Assembly: GCA_038881635.1 (NCBI GenBank)
Contig: JAVZPJ010000001.1
Span: forward strand, 286,986 to 310,985
Direction of reading: 5' to 3'
Origin: Sulfolobales archaeon
Lineage (GTDB): Archaea > Thermoproteota > Thermoprotei_A > Sulfolobales > AG1
DNA length: 24,000 bases
The notes beneath the pieces were generated by a model. The model did no database searches. It worked only from the letters and a program-made list of their open reading frames with translations, and was not told where the DNA came from. Below are positions 16,678 through 23,924 of the stretch, in pieces. The translations under genes were made by a program, and so were the position numbers. Numbering within the stretch: the stretch's first letter is position 1; every line of letters starts with the position of its first letter.

Positions 16678-17886
16678 CTACACATGTTGTATGCCAATCT
16701 CTTTTTGAGAAGATCTCATAAACTGATCTGTTTCAGCTATTCTACTAGGTCTCTTCATAACTTTTTCAACAGCTTTGAGAAAATCATCATATACTATATA
16801 ATCTCTCCCAGCTCTAATAGCCATATACCCAGCCTCAGTACATATAGCTTTAATATCAGCTCCCGAAGCTCCTTCTGTTAGATCTGCAAGCTTCTCTAGA
16901 TCTACATCACCTCTTATATTAAGCTTTCTCATATGAACCTTGAAGATCTCTATCCTACCTCTCTTATCAGGTAGAGGTATGTAGAGTATTCTATCAAATC
17001 TCCCAGGTCTTAGAAGAGCTGGATCTAATACATCGATTCTATTAGTTGTAGCGATAATCTTAACCCTATCAAGAGGATTAAACCCGTCTATCTCTGCTAA
17101 CAACTGAGTTAAAGTTCTATGAATCTCTCTCTCCCCACTCGTTCCAATATCAAGTCTTTTAGCTGCTATAGCATCTATCTCATCTATTAGAACTATTGAT
17201 GGAGCTTTCCTCCTAGCTAGAGAGAATATTTCTCTCACAATTCTAGCACCTTCACCAATATATTTCTGTGCGAGTTCTGAAGCTACTAGTCTTATAAAAG
17301 TAGCATTAGTCTCACCAGCAACAGCTCTGGCTAGAAGTGTTTTTCCCACTCCTGGTGGTCCGTATAGTAGGATACCTTTAGGAGGTTCTATACCAAGTCT
17401 TCTGAAGATCTCTGGATCTCTGAGAGGTAGTTCTACAACTTCTCTTAATTCTCGGATCTGCTCTTCTAAACCTCCTATATCACTATACCTTGTGGAAGGT
17501 CTTTCCTCTATCTCCATAGCTCTCACCATAGGATCCTCTCTGAATCCTAGAACTTCAACAATTTCAGAACCTCTATTATTAAGAAGAACCGAGACCATAG
17601 GCTTGAGCATGTTTCTATCGATTCTCTTACTAATCTCTACAACGAGTGTAGGTCCTGTAGAACTTCTCACAAGAGCTCTACCATCTGGAAGCATTTCAAG
17701 AAAAATAGCTTCTACTAATGGTGGTTGCAGAAGTTTCTCAAGCTCGCTTCTACAATGCTCCAACTCTTCTCTAAGTCTGAGATACTCTCTCTTGATATTT
17801 TTCAGCTCACTCTCTAGATAAGATATGTAAGACCCCAGATCTCTGTCTATGATCTCTTCAATACCTTCATCATTCTCGCCGGACAC
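16678..17886 (-). CDS. pan: Proteasome-activating nucleotidase PAN (Rpt-like AAA+ ATPase)
   Basis: 402 aa with a GTG start. It has an N-terminal coiled coil, an OB segment, Walker A GPPGVGKT, Walker B VLIDEID and the SRH. The C-terminus is ...GIQHV, which is not a canonical HbYX. Confidence 0.95.
   Translation of the reverse strand: MSGENDEGIEEIIDRDLGSYISYLESELKNIKREYLRLREELEHCRSELEKLLQPPLVEAIFLEMLPDGRALVRSSTGPTLVVEISKRIDRNMLKPMVSVLLNNRGSEIVEVLGFREDPMVRAMEIEERPSTRYSDIGGLEEQIRELREVVELPLRDPEIFRRLGIEPPKGILLYGPPGVGKTLLARAVAGETNATFIRLVASELAQKYIGEGARIVREIFSLARRKAPSIVLIDEIDAIAAKRLDIGTSGEREIHRTLTQLLAEIDGFNPLDRVKIIATTNRIDVLDPALLRPGRFDRILYIPLPDKRGRIEIFKVHMRKLNIRGDVDLEKLADLTEGASGADIKAICTEAGYMAIRAGRDYIVYDDFLKAVEKVMKRPSRIAETDQFMRSSQKEIGIQHV
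17330..17412. repeat. AAA Walker-A nucleotide block, copy in PAN
   Basis: 81 of 83 nt are identical to 11997-12079. The block encodes [28 protein letters not shown]. Confidence 0.85.
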
Positions 17887-17910
17887 CTATAATCCCAATC
17901 ATAGAACTAT

Positions 17911-17920
17911 GTATATAAAC
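17911..17920 (-). promoter_or_regulatory. TATA-like box (minus strand GTTTATATAC) for pan
   Basis: It is centred about 27 nt upstream of position 17889, with the GTG start at 17886. This suggests a leaderless or near-leaderless mRNA. Confidence 0.4.
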
Positions 17921-18050
17921 GATTAAAAATATTACAATCAGAAACTTCGTAGCCTTCTTAAACTAGAAGGGATGACACTTTCTGAAGTGAAAGATCTTGA
18001 TTCTAATTAGAAGAAGATCTAGTTGTAATAAAACCAGTATTATTCAAAAG

Positions 18051-18066
18051 GATCTTTTAAAAGATC
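18051..18066. promoter_or_regulatory. Perfect 16-nt palindrome GATCTTTTAAAAGATC; candidate operator
   Basis: Read directly. It lies 55-70 nt upstream of the 18121 start, just upstream of two TATA-like boxes (18071-18082 and 18094-18105). Confidence 0.35.
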
Positions 18067-18093
18067 GTACGTTTAAAATAAATTCGAGATAGC

Positions 18094-18105
18094 TTAAATA
18101 TATAT
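18094..18105 (+). promoter_or_regulatory. TATA-like box (TTAAATATATAT) for the 18121 gene
   Basis: It lies 16-27 nt upstream of the ATG at 18121, with no Shine-Dalgarno site between. This is compatible with a leaderless mRNA. Confidence 0.4.
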
Positions 18106-18120
18106 GAAACGTGAAGATCA

Positions 18121-19371
18121 ATGAGTGCAGAGAAAGAAGCTGGGATAAGTAGAACAGAGACTAGTTCGAGAAGGAAGAAGAAGTATTATAGAAAGTTAAC
18201 TAAAATACAATATATACTCTTAAGAGAAGCATTGTCAAATCCAAGATTTGAACTCGTAAAAGAGGTAATGCCAGCTCTAGGTCTTGAGAACACACCATAT
18301 AGTTCTCTAGTTAGAATCGCAAGAGATATAGCGTTTAGGAAAGATCTGCTAGGTCTAGCGTTTAGCCCTTATAGAGCTGATCTAGAGAGATATGTTGTAG
18401 CTTTTAAACTTAAAGGAGAATTTGAGAGAAGTAGCGCGATTGATGTTGCGAGATTTCTGCCTTATAATTACTGGATTAAGAGTATAACAATAAGCACAAT
18501 GCCTATGGGAGATACGAGAGTGTACTATCTAATACCAAGAGGCGAGAATATGAATACCATAGTTGAGAAGCTACGCAAGTCAGAGATAATAGATGATAAG
18601 GAATCTATATTTGTTCATAAAATGGATCTCTCATACTATCAAGTTCCAGATCTAGCTAAATACTGTCCAGATCACAGAAAATGTCCTCTCAGCATTGAAG
18701 AAACATTTAAGATAATAGATAAAGAAGGTTTGAAAGAACCTGACACGAGCGAGTTAGAAGATCTAGATCCAAGACCACCACCAGATGTAATAGATGTAGT
18801 TCTAATGTCTCTTCTAGAAGTTAAGTATACATTCTCACCCCGATGGCTTAGCAGAGGAGGACCTCTTATGATAGGAGTTGAAAAAGCTAGATATCACTTC
18901 TTAAAGCACATAAGAAATAAATATCTTCTAGGAGCATATCTCAGAAGACCTCTAAATCCTAGAGCTGAGCTAATGTACACCTTCATAATAAGAGGAGGAG
19001 AAACACTTAAACTAGGATACACACTCTCAAGAACACCATATGCAAATGTTCTATGCGATCCTCTGAATGTATGTGTTATAACTTTCTGGATAAGATCCGA
19101 GGATATATCTAAAGTAGATCAGTTAATAAGCAGGTATAACGTTAGAATCGTTAGACAAGATCAAAGAGTAATCCTACCTGAAGAAGCTGAAGGTAAGACC
19201 TTAAGATCTCTTAGAGTAGGATTTCCAATTCATTGTTATTCTATTAAAGGCAGGAGATGGTATACACTTAAAGAATCCGAGAAAAATGTCACGAAAAACA
19301 TACGTAGATTAAAGAAGAAATTCAAAAAAGCTCAATGGACCGAGTTTCTAGTTCCACAATACCTCTCATAG
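18121..19371 (+). CDS. Hypothetical protein; putative DNA-binding protein with two HTH plus small alpha/beta (Lrp/AsnC-like) modules and basic termini
   Basis: 416-aa ORF whose codon usage matches its neighbours. It has a basic N-terminus (SRRKKKYYRK) and a basic C-terminal tail (RRLKKKFKK). Two segments have similar pattern logic (see findings). I cannot name a family. Confidence 0.7.
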   Translation: MSAEKEAGISRTETSSRRKKKYYRKLTKIQYILLREALSNPRFELVKEVMPALGLENTPYSSLVRIARDIAFRKDLLGLAFSPYRADLERYVVAFKLKGEFERSSAIDVARFLPYNYWIKSITISTMPMGDTRVYYLIPRGENMNTIVEKLRKSEIIDDKESIFVHKMDLSYYQVPDLAKYCPDHRKCPLSIEETFKIIDKEGLKEPDTSELEDLDPRPPPDVIDVVLMSLLEVKYTFSPRWLSRGGPLMIGVEKARYHFLKHIRNKYLLGAYLRRPLNPRAELMYTFIIRGGETLKLGYTLSRTPYANVLCDPLNVCVITFWIRSEDISKVDQLISRYNVRIVRQDQRVILPEEAEGKTLRSLRVGFPIHCYSIKGRRWYTLKESEKNVTKNIRRLKKKFKKAQWTEFLVPQYLS

Positions 19372-19394
19372 CATTATGATAGCAGATGTCTATG

Positions 19395-19544
19395 TCAGCC
19401 TTCAGTCCATGGACTAGTATCTTTAAAGCCTGTAGGCTGTACACTTATATTTGATACCACAGCAAATAGTGTGAGAGCTAGCGGTACTGTTTTTACTGCT
19501 ACTCCTGCTATCTTTAAAGCTTTCATTTTTCTTGTGTTCTTCAT
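19395..19544 (-). CDS. Possible small (49-aa) membrane or secreted peptide
   Basis: Hand-translated, and below the ORF-track cutoff: MKNTRKMKALKIAGVAVKTVPLALTLFAVVSNISVQPTGFKDTSPWTEG. It has a basic N-terminus and one hydrophobic helix. I see no clear TATA box or Shine-Dalgarno site upstream. Confidence 0.2.
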   Translation of the reverse strand: MKNTRKMKALKIAGVAVKTVPLALTLFAVVSNISVQPTGFKDTSPWTEG

Positions 19545-19701
19545 ATCTATCACGGTTACATCTTTCTACTACTCACTATGATACACATCACTCTCTCTTG
19601 ATTATATTCTGATCTGCTTCTATGCTTTGATCTCTTATGTTTTCCGGCTTACCTCGTGTTCTATTATCTTTTCTTCGGTTTGAGAGCGGTTTTTTCCAGT
19701 C

Positions 19702-20226
19702 CTATCTTATAGTTTCTTTGATTAGCTTTCCCTCTTCTCCTATTAGTACTAGTATTATTCCTAGTATTGTTAGTGGATTTGTATCTCTTGTGAGAGTTCT
19801 GCTATGGATTTTCTTTCCTAGTATCTGTTCTTCTTTTGTTAATGCTTGTTCTCCTGATGGTATTACTACTAGTATGCTTCTTTTATTAAGTAGTTCTAGG
19901 CTTTCTTCTATGGGTTTTGATTCTTCTGTTTTCTGGAATATTACTATTTCATCTGGTTTGTATATTTCGATTACATCTTTAATATCTGGGAGAACGATCA
20001 TAGGTATATTGTTTTTATACGCGATTCTCCACGCTTCTGGAACTCCTGATTGTGCTGCAAGACCTGTTGGTCTTGTTATGACTGGTGTTATAGATTCTCT
20101 ATGTATGAATGATGATACGACTTTTATGAATTCTACCACGAGATAAGGACTTGCAGGAGCGTGGAGATCTATGATGAATCTTCTCTCGTTTAGGTTCATT
20201 ACAAGCTCTACCATTATAATTCTCAT
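19702..20226 (-). CDS. Hypothetical alpha/beta protein, possibly SPOUT-fold (COG1772/COG4080-like)
   Basis: 174-aa ORF. The C-terminal pattern ILVVIPSGEQALTKEE...HSRTLTRDTNPLTILGIILVLIGE resembles SPOUT motifs 2 and 3. A TATA-like AATATATAAG only 8-16 nt upstream of the 20226 ATG suggests the true start is the ATG at 20214. The overlapping plus-strand ORF (19637-20146) is low-complexity S/L/F and is judged an antisense shadow. Confidence 0.5.
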   Translation of the reverse strand: MRIIMVELVMNLNERRFIIDLHAPASPYLVVEFIKVVSSFIHRESITPVITRPTGLAAQSGVPEAWRIAYKNNIPMIVLPDIKDVIEIYKPDEIVIFQKTEESKPIEESLELLNKRSILVVIPSGEQALTKEEQILGKKIHSRTLTRDTNPLTILGIILVLIGEEGKLIKETIR

Positions 20227-20421
20227 AGTTCTTATATATTACAATTCTCTAGATCTCTATATACTAATCGCTTCGAATATGATACTGGTATTACCATGCT
20301 TATTATGCATATGATGATCCCGGGTCTTCTAGTTAAAATCCTCCTATGCTAATATCATCTATAGAATAGTCATCTGATAAGACTTGTGGTGGCTGTAGTG
20401 GATTTAGAGAAGAGAGGTAGG

Positions 20422-23172
20422 ATGTCAAAGAGTGGAGGTGATCTACTAAAGTATATTAGAAAGAGTAATACTTCTAATACTGATACCGAGGTCAGAGATC
20501 GACAGGTTGTCGGTGGCGAAGGAGTTATTCAGAGTATTACAGAGGATCAGAGTATTCTGAGTGGTAATAGTAATTCTAGCGATAGTAGTAAGAATATGGC
20601 TGCTAATGTAAATATAATTACTATCGACAGGGTGAACACAGACCCTCCTCTACAACTAGAAGAAGTTTCATACGCTGAAGATGCATATGTTCTCGAGGTA
20701 TCATATGATGGAGCTAGTGGTAGAGCTGTCGTTTATCTATATGATGAGAATAGTGGTAAGCTGAAGATCTATAGAGATAGATCTGGTCATAAACCTTATT
20801 TCTATGTTGATCTAGATCCTACGAGAGTTAGAGAGATTCTTAAAGAAGATGTTAGAGGGGTTGTAGATATCTATAGAGTGAGTAAAATGAATCTTCTAAA
20901 AGGAAAGATCGAGAGTAAAACAAAGATAGTTGTATCAGATCCTTTGATTGTTAGAAAGATTAGAGATAAGTTTCAGAATTATTGGGAGGCGAATATAAAA
21001 TATCATCATAACTACATATATGATGAAGGTATCATACCAGGGCTTAGACATAAGATTTTAAATGGAAAGATAGAACCTGTTTACTCAGTTGATTTAAAGA
21101 AAATAGAAGAAGAAGTTAATAAAGTATTCTCCGAAGAACCTGAGGAGATTAGAAGAGAAGCTATCTCATGGTATATACTCTTCGAGGAAAAACCTCCTAA
21201 GATTAGGAGAGCTGCCATAGATATAGAGGTATTCACCCCGGTGAGAACTAGAGTTCCTAATCCTAAGACTGCTGAGTATCCTATTGTAAGTATTGCTATT
21301 AGCGATAGTGATGGTAGGAATATTGTTTTTGTTCTAATGAGAGAAGGTATAGGATCTCTAGATGAGATTAGAGATCTAGGTGAGAATGCTGAGATTCGTG
21401 TGTATAAGAATGAGAAGGATCTGATTCTGGATTTCTTTAGCATAGCAAGTACTTATCCGGTGATAATAACGTTCAATGGTGAAGCATTCGATCTACCTTA
21501 TCTCTACGAGAGAGCTCTTAGACTTGGTATTGATAGAAATGTGATACCTATAGTATTCAAGGAGACACATGCCACATTTAGGACAGCTCTCCATGTAGAC
21601 CTCTACAAATTCTTTAGAAATAAATCTATACAGAACTACGCTCTAGAAGGTAAGTATAAGGAGTTCACATTAGATGCTGTAGCTACAGCGATCCTAGGTG
21701 TGGGTAAGATCTCTCATGAGGAGGGTGTTGGTAGAATGAGTATTGGGAAGCTGGTGAGATACAATCTCAGAGATGCTCAGCTAACACTACAACTAACCTT
21801 ATACCAGGACGAGCTTATATGGAAGCTGATAATACTTCTCATGAGAATATCAAAACTAGGTTTGGAAGATGTGACGAGAACACAGGTATCTACATGGATT
21901 AAGAATCTATTCTATTGGGAGCATAGAAGGAAGAACTATTTCATCCCCAGCGAGAGAGAAATTAGAGAGAGTAAATCTAAGAAAACAACAGAAGCTGTGA
22001 TAAAAGGTAAGAAATATGCTGGAGCAATAGTTATAGAACCTCCTCAAGGTGTTTTCTTCAAGGTTGCAGTTCTAGATTTCGCCTCTCTATACCCGAGTAT
22101 AATTAAGAGATGGAATCTAAGCTATGAAACAATAGATCCAGAGCCTGGAAGATGTAGAAATGTGAGAGATATATTCGATGAAAGAGATCTTAAGATACAT
22201 GAGGTGTGCATGGATAGACCAGGGATCACAGCATTTATAATAGGACTTCTTAGAGACTTTAGAGTTAGAATTTTTAAGAAGAAGAGTAAAAGCAAGGATC
22301 TGGATCCTTCTACGAAGAGCTGGTACGATGTTGTTCAAAGAGCTTTAAAAGTATATGTAAATGCTGCATATGGTGTGTTTGGTCATGAGAATTTCCCACT
22401 ATTCGCGGTTCCAGTAGCTGAGAGTGTCACGGCTCTAGGAAGGATGATCATTACCAGAACTATGGAGAAGGCTAGAGAGCTAGGACTCTTAGTATTATAT
22501 GGAGATACAGACTCGCTATTCCTATGGGATCCAGAGCCTGAGAAACTTAACCAGCTTCGAGAATGGGTTCTCAAATCTTTCGGATTAGATCTTGAGATCG
22601 ATAAAGAGTTTAGATTTGTAGCATTCTCTCTCAAGAAGAATTACTTCGGAGTGACAACTCAGGGTTCTATAGAGATTAAAGGCTTGGTTGGTAAGAAGAA
22701 GAACACCCCTAAATTTGCTAGAGAAGCTTTTGGAGAGATTCTTAAGAAGATAAGCTCTGTAGAGAAGCCTGAAGAGATAATCAAGGTGAGAGAGTGGATT
22801 AAAGACATGGTTCATGATATATATATGAAGCTTAAGCACTATGAATATACTCTAGAGGATATGTCTTTTACAATGATGCTGAGCAAGGATGTTAGAGAGT
22901 ATACCAAGACAACACCACAACATGTTAAAGCAGCTCTAATGCTACTGAGAGAAGGTATAAAAATATCAGCAGGAGATAATATTATTTTTGTGAAAGTAAG
23001 AGGTAGAGAAGGGGTTAAACCTATACAGCTTGCAAAGATCTCTGAAATAGATCTGGATAAATATATTGAGATACTGAGAACAACACTAGAACAGATCATG
23101 CTTCCTCTAAGTATAGACTGGGATGAGATATCAGGATCTATTCTGAAGCTTCATAGATTTATAGAAAGTTAG
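20422..23172 (+). CDS. polB1: Family B DNA polymerase, crenarchaeal PolB1 (Dpo1) type
   Basis: Exo I AAIDIEVFT, Exo II ITFNGEAFDLPYL, Exo III YNLRDAQLT. Pol A VLDFASLYPSII, Pol B KVYVNAAYGVFG, Pol C VLYGDTDS. There are long collinear matches to Sulfolobus Dpo1 as I remember it (GHKPYFYVDLDP, VCMDRPGITA, TPQHVKAAL, VKPIQLAKISEID). The ATG at 20422 is preceded by GAGGT. The ORF-track GTG at 20386 is the alternative start. Confidence 0.95.
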   Translation: MSKSGGDLLKYIRKSNTSNTDTEVRDRQVVGGEGVIQSITEDQSILSGNSNSSDSSKNMAANVNIITIDRVNTDPPLQLEEVSYAEDAYVLEVSYDGASGRAVVYLYDENSGKLKIYRDRSGHKPYFYVDLDPTRVREILKEDVRGVVDIYRVSKMNLLKGKIESKTKIVVSDPLIVRKIRDKFQNYWEANIKYHHNYIYDEGIIPGLRHKILNGKIEPVYSVDLKKIEEEVNKVFSEEPEEIRREAISWYILFEEKPPKIRRAAIDIEVFTPVRTRVPNPKTAEYPIVSIAISDSDGRNIVFVLMREGIGSLDEIRDLGENAEIRVYKNEKDLILDFFSIASTYPVIITFNGEAFDLPYLYERALRLGIDRNVIPIVFKETHATFRTALHVDLYKFFRNKSIQNYALEGKYKEFTLDAVATAILGVGKISHEEGVGRMSIGKLVRYNLRDAQLTLQLTLYQDELIWKLIILLMRISKLGLEDVTRTQVSTWIKNLFYWEHRRKNYFIPSEREIRESKSKKTTEAVIKGKKYAGAIVIEPPQGVFFKVAVLDFASLYPSIIKRWNLSYETIDPEPGRCRNVRDIFDERDLKIHEVCMDRPGITAFIIGLLRDFRVRIFKKKSKSKDLDPSTKSWYDVVQRALKVYVNAAYGVFGHENFPLFAVPVAESVTALGRMIITRTMEKARELGLLVLYGDTDSLFLWDPEPEKLNQLREWVLKSFGLDLEIDKEFRFVAFSLKKNYFGVTTQGSIEIKGLVGKKKNTPKFAREAFGEILKKISSVEKPEEIIKVREWIKDMVHDIYMKLKHYEYTLEDMSFTMMLSKDVREYTKTTPQHVKAALMLLREGIKISAGDNIIFVKVRGREGVKPIQLAKISEIDLDKYIEILRTTLEQIMLPLSIDWDEISGSILKLHRFIES

Positions 23173-23214
23173 GATCTCTAGAAATTAAATGCTAGATCAA
23201 AAAATGAGAAGAAT

Positions 23215-23460
23215 CTATTTCTTAAATTCCTCAATAACCATCATAGTCGTAGTAGATCTTATCTTTGGTATTCTTCTCACATGTTTTACAACAATTTCTC
23301 TAAGCTCATCTTGTGTCTGAGCTTCTATAACTGCTACAATATCATATACTCCATATACAAGGTATGTTTCTTTTATGTTAGGAATCTCTCTAAGCTTGCT
23401 TAAAACCTCTTCTTCACTTCCAATTTCTATATTTATCAGGACAAGAGCTTTCTGGGGCAT
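23215..23460 (-). CDS. Stand-alone Lrp/AsnC ligand-binding (RAM) domain protein
   Basis: 81 aa from the ATG at 23460: MPQKALVLINIEIGSEEEVLSKLREIPNIKETYLVYGVYDIVAVIEAQTQDELREIV...IPKIRSTTTMMVIE. This is the beta-alpha-beta-beta-alpha-beta RAM pattern. An A/T-rich TATA-like stretch at 23474-23489 lies about 20 nt upstream. The ORF-track 164-aa version adds a low-complexity extension running through that promoter. Confidence 0.75.
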   Translation of the reverse strand: MPQKALVLINIEIGSEEEVLSKLREIPNIKETYLVYGVYDIVAVIEAQTQDELREIVVKHVRRIPKIRSTTTMMVIEEFKK

Positions 23461-23632
23461 AAAGCTATCCCAAAAATATATTTTTATTAAGGTATTAATA
23501 GTTTTATTGATTTTAGAGGAGTAGGATTTGAAGAAAGAAAGTAGGATCTTACATATATACGGATCATCTAGTGATAATTTGAGGAATGTGTATATATTTA
23601 CAGTATTCAGAGGTTCTACAGGAATCGAGTAC

Positions 23633-23902
23633 ATGGATATAATAGAAGAAGAGAGACTTGATAAAGCGCTTGAGATGTTCTCTAGAAAAGATGTATTCAA
23701 AGAGATCAAATATTATTTCATTAGCGAGAAACTTTCATCATATGAAAAACTAGAGAAGCTTAGAGAAATACTGGGTAGAAGTGGATTGCGTGAGATATCT
23801 AGAGAAGAGCTTCTGAAGATGAAGATATTTGAAGAGGATTTTGAGAAGGTTTTAGATAAGATCCTTCTATTCTGTGAGAGGAAATCTTATATAGCTGGGT
23901 AG
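23633..23902 (+). CDS. Small hypothetical helical protein
   Basis: 89 aa from the ATG at 23633, with a TATA-like GTATATATTTA at 23590-23600. The ORF-track TTG start at 23528 would overlap the divergent promoter region. No family is recognised. Confidence 0.4.
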   Translation: MDIIEEERLDKALEMFSRKDVFKEIKYYFISEKLSSYEKLEKLREILGRSGLREISREELLKMKIFEEDFEKVLDKILLFCERKSYIAG

Positions 23903-23924
23903 GATAATATAGTGAGGCTTCATA

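Noticed and set aside
17887-18120. Replication origin hypothesis: long A/T-rich spacer, repeats, polB1 nearby, adjacent winged-helix-like gene reminiscent of WhiP
   Set aside because: I see no ORB or mini-ORB-like repeats, no Orc1/Cdc6 gene in the window, and the dyads are just the genome-wide GATC word. A genome-wide skew or MFA-seq analysis would be needed, so this is not supportable from the window.
19637-20146. 169-aa plus-strand ORF that could be read as a membrane protein
   Set aside because: It has the same S/L/F low-complexity character as the other antisense shadows. The opposite-strand ORF has balanced composition, an alpha/beta pattern and a promoter-like element.
20311-20377. C/D-box sRNA candidate: perfect C box ATGATGA at 20311-20317 and CTGA at 20374-20377, in the spacer upstream of polB1
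   Set aside because: There are no recognisable D' or C' boxes at the expected 12-nt guide spacing and no terminal stem. The 67-nt span is at the long end of the typical archaeal C/D sRNA size range. ATGATGA is expected several times by chance in 24 kb of A/T-rich DNA. Similar weak hits near 10188 and 17963 were rejected for the same reasons.
23461-23709. N-terminal 83-residue extension of the RAM-domain ORF (164-aa ORF-track version)
   Set aside because: The extension is low-complexity, runs through the A/T-rich TATA-like region and overlaps the divergent ORF. The RAM domain is complete from the ATG at 23460.
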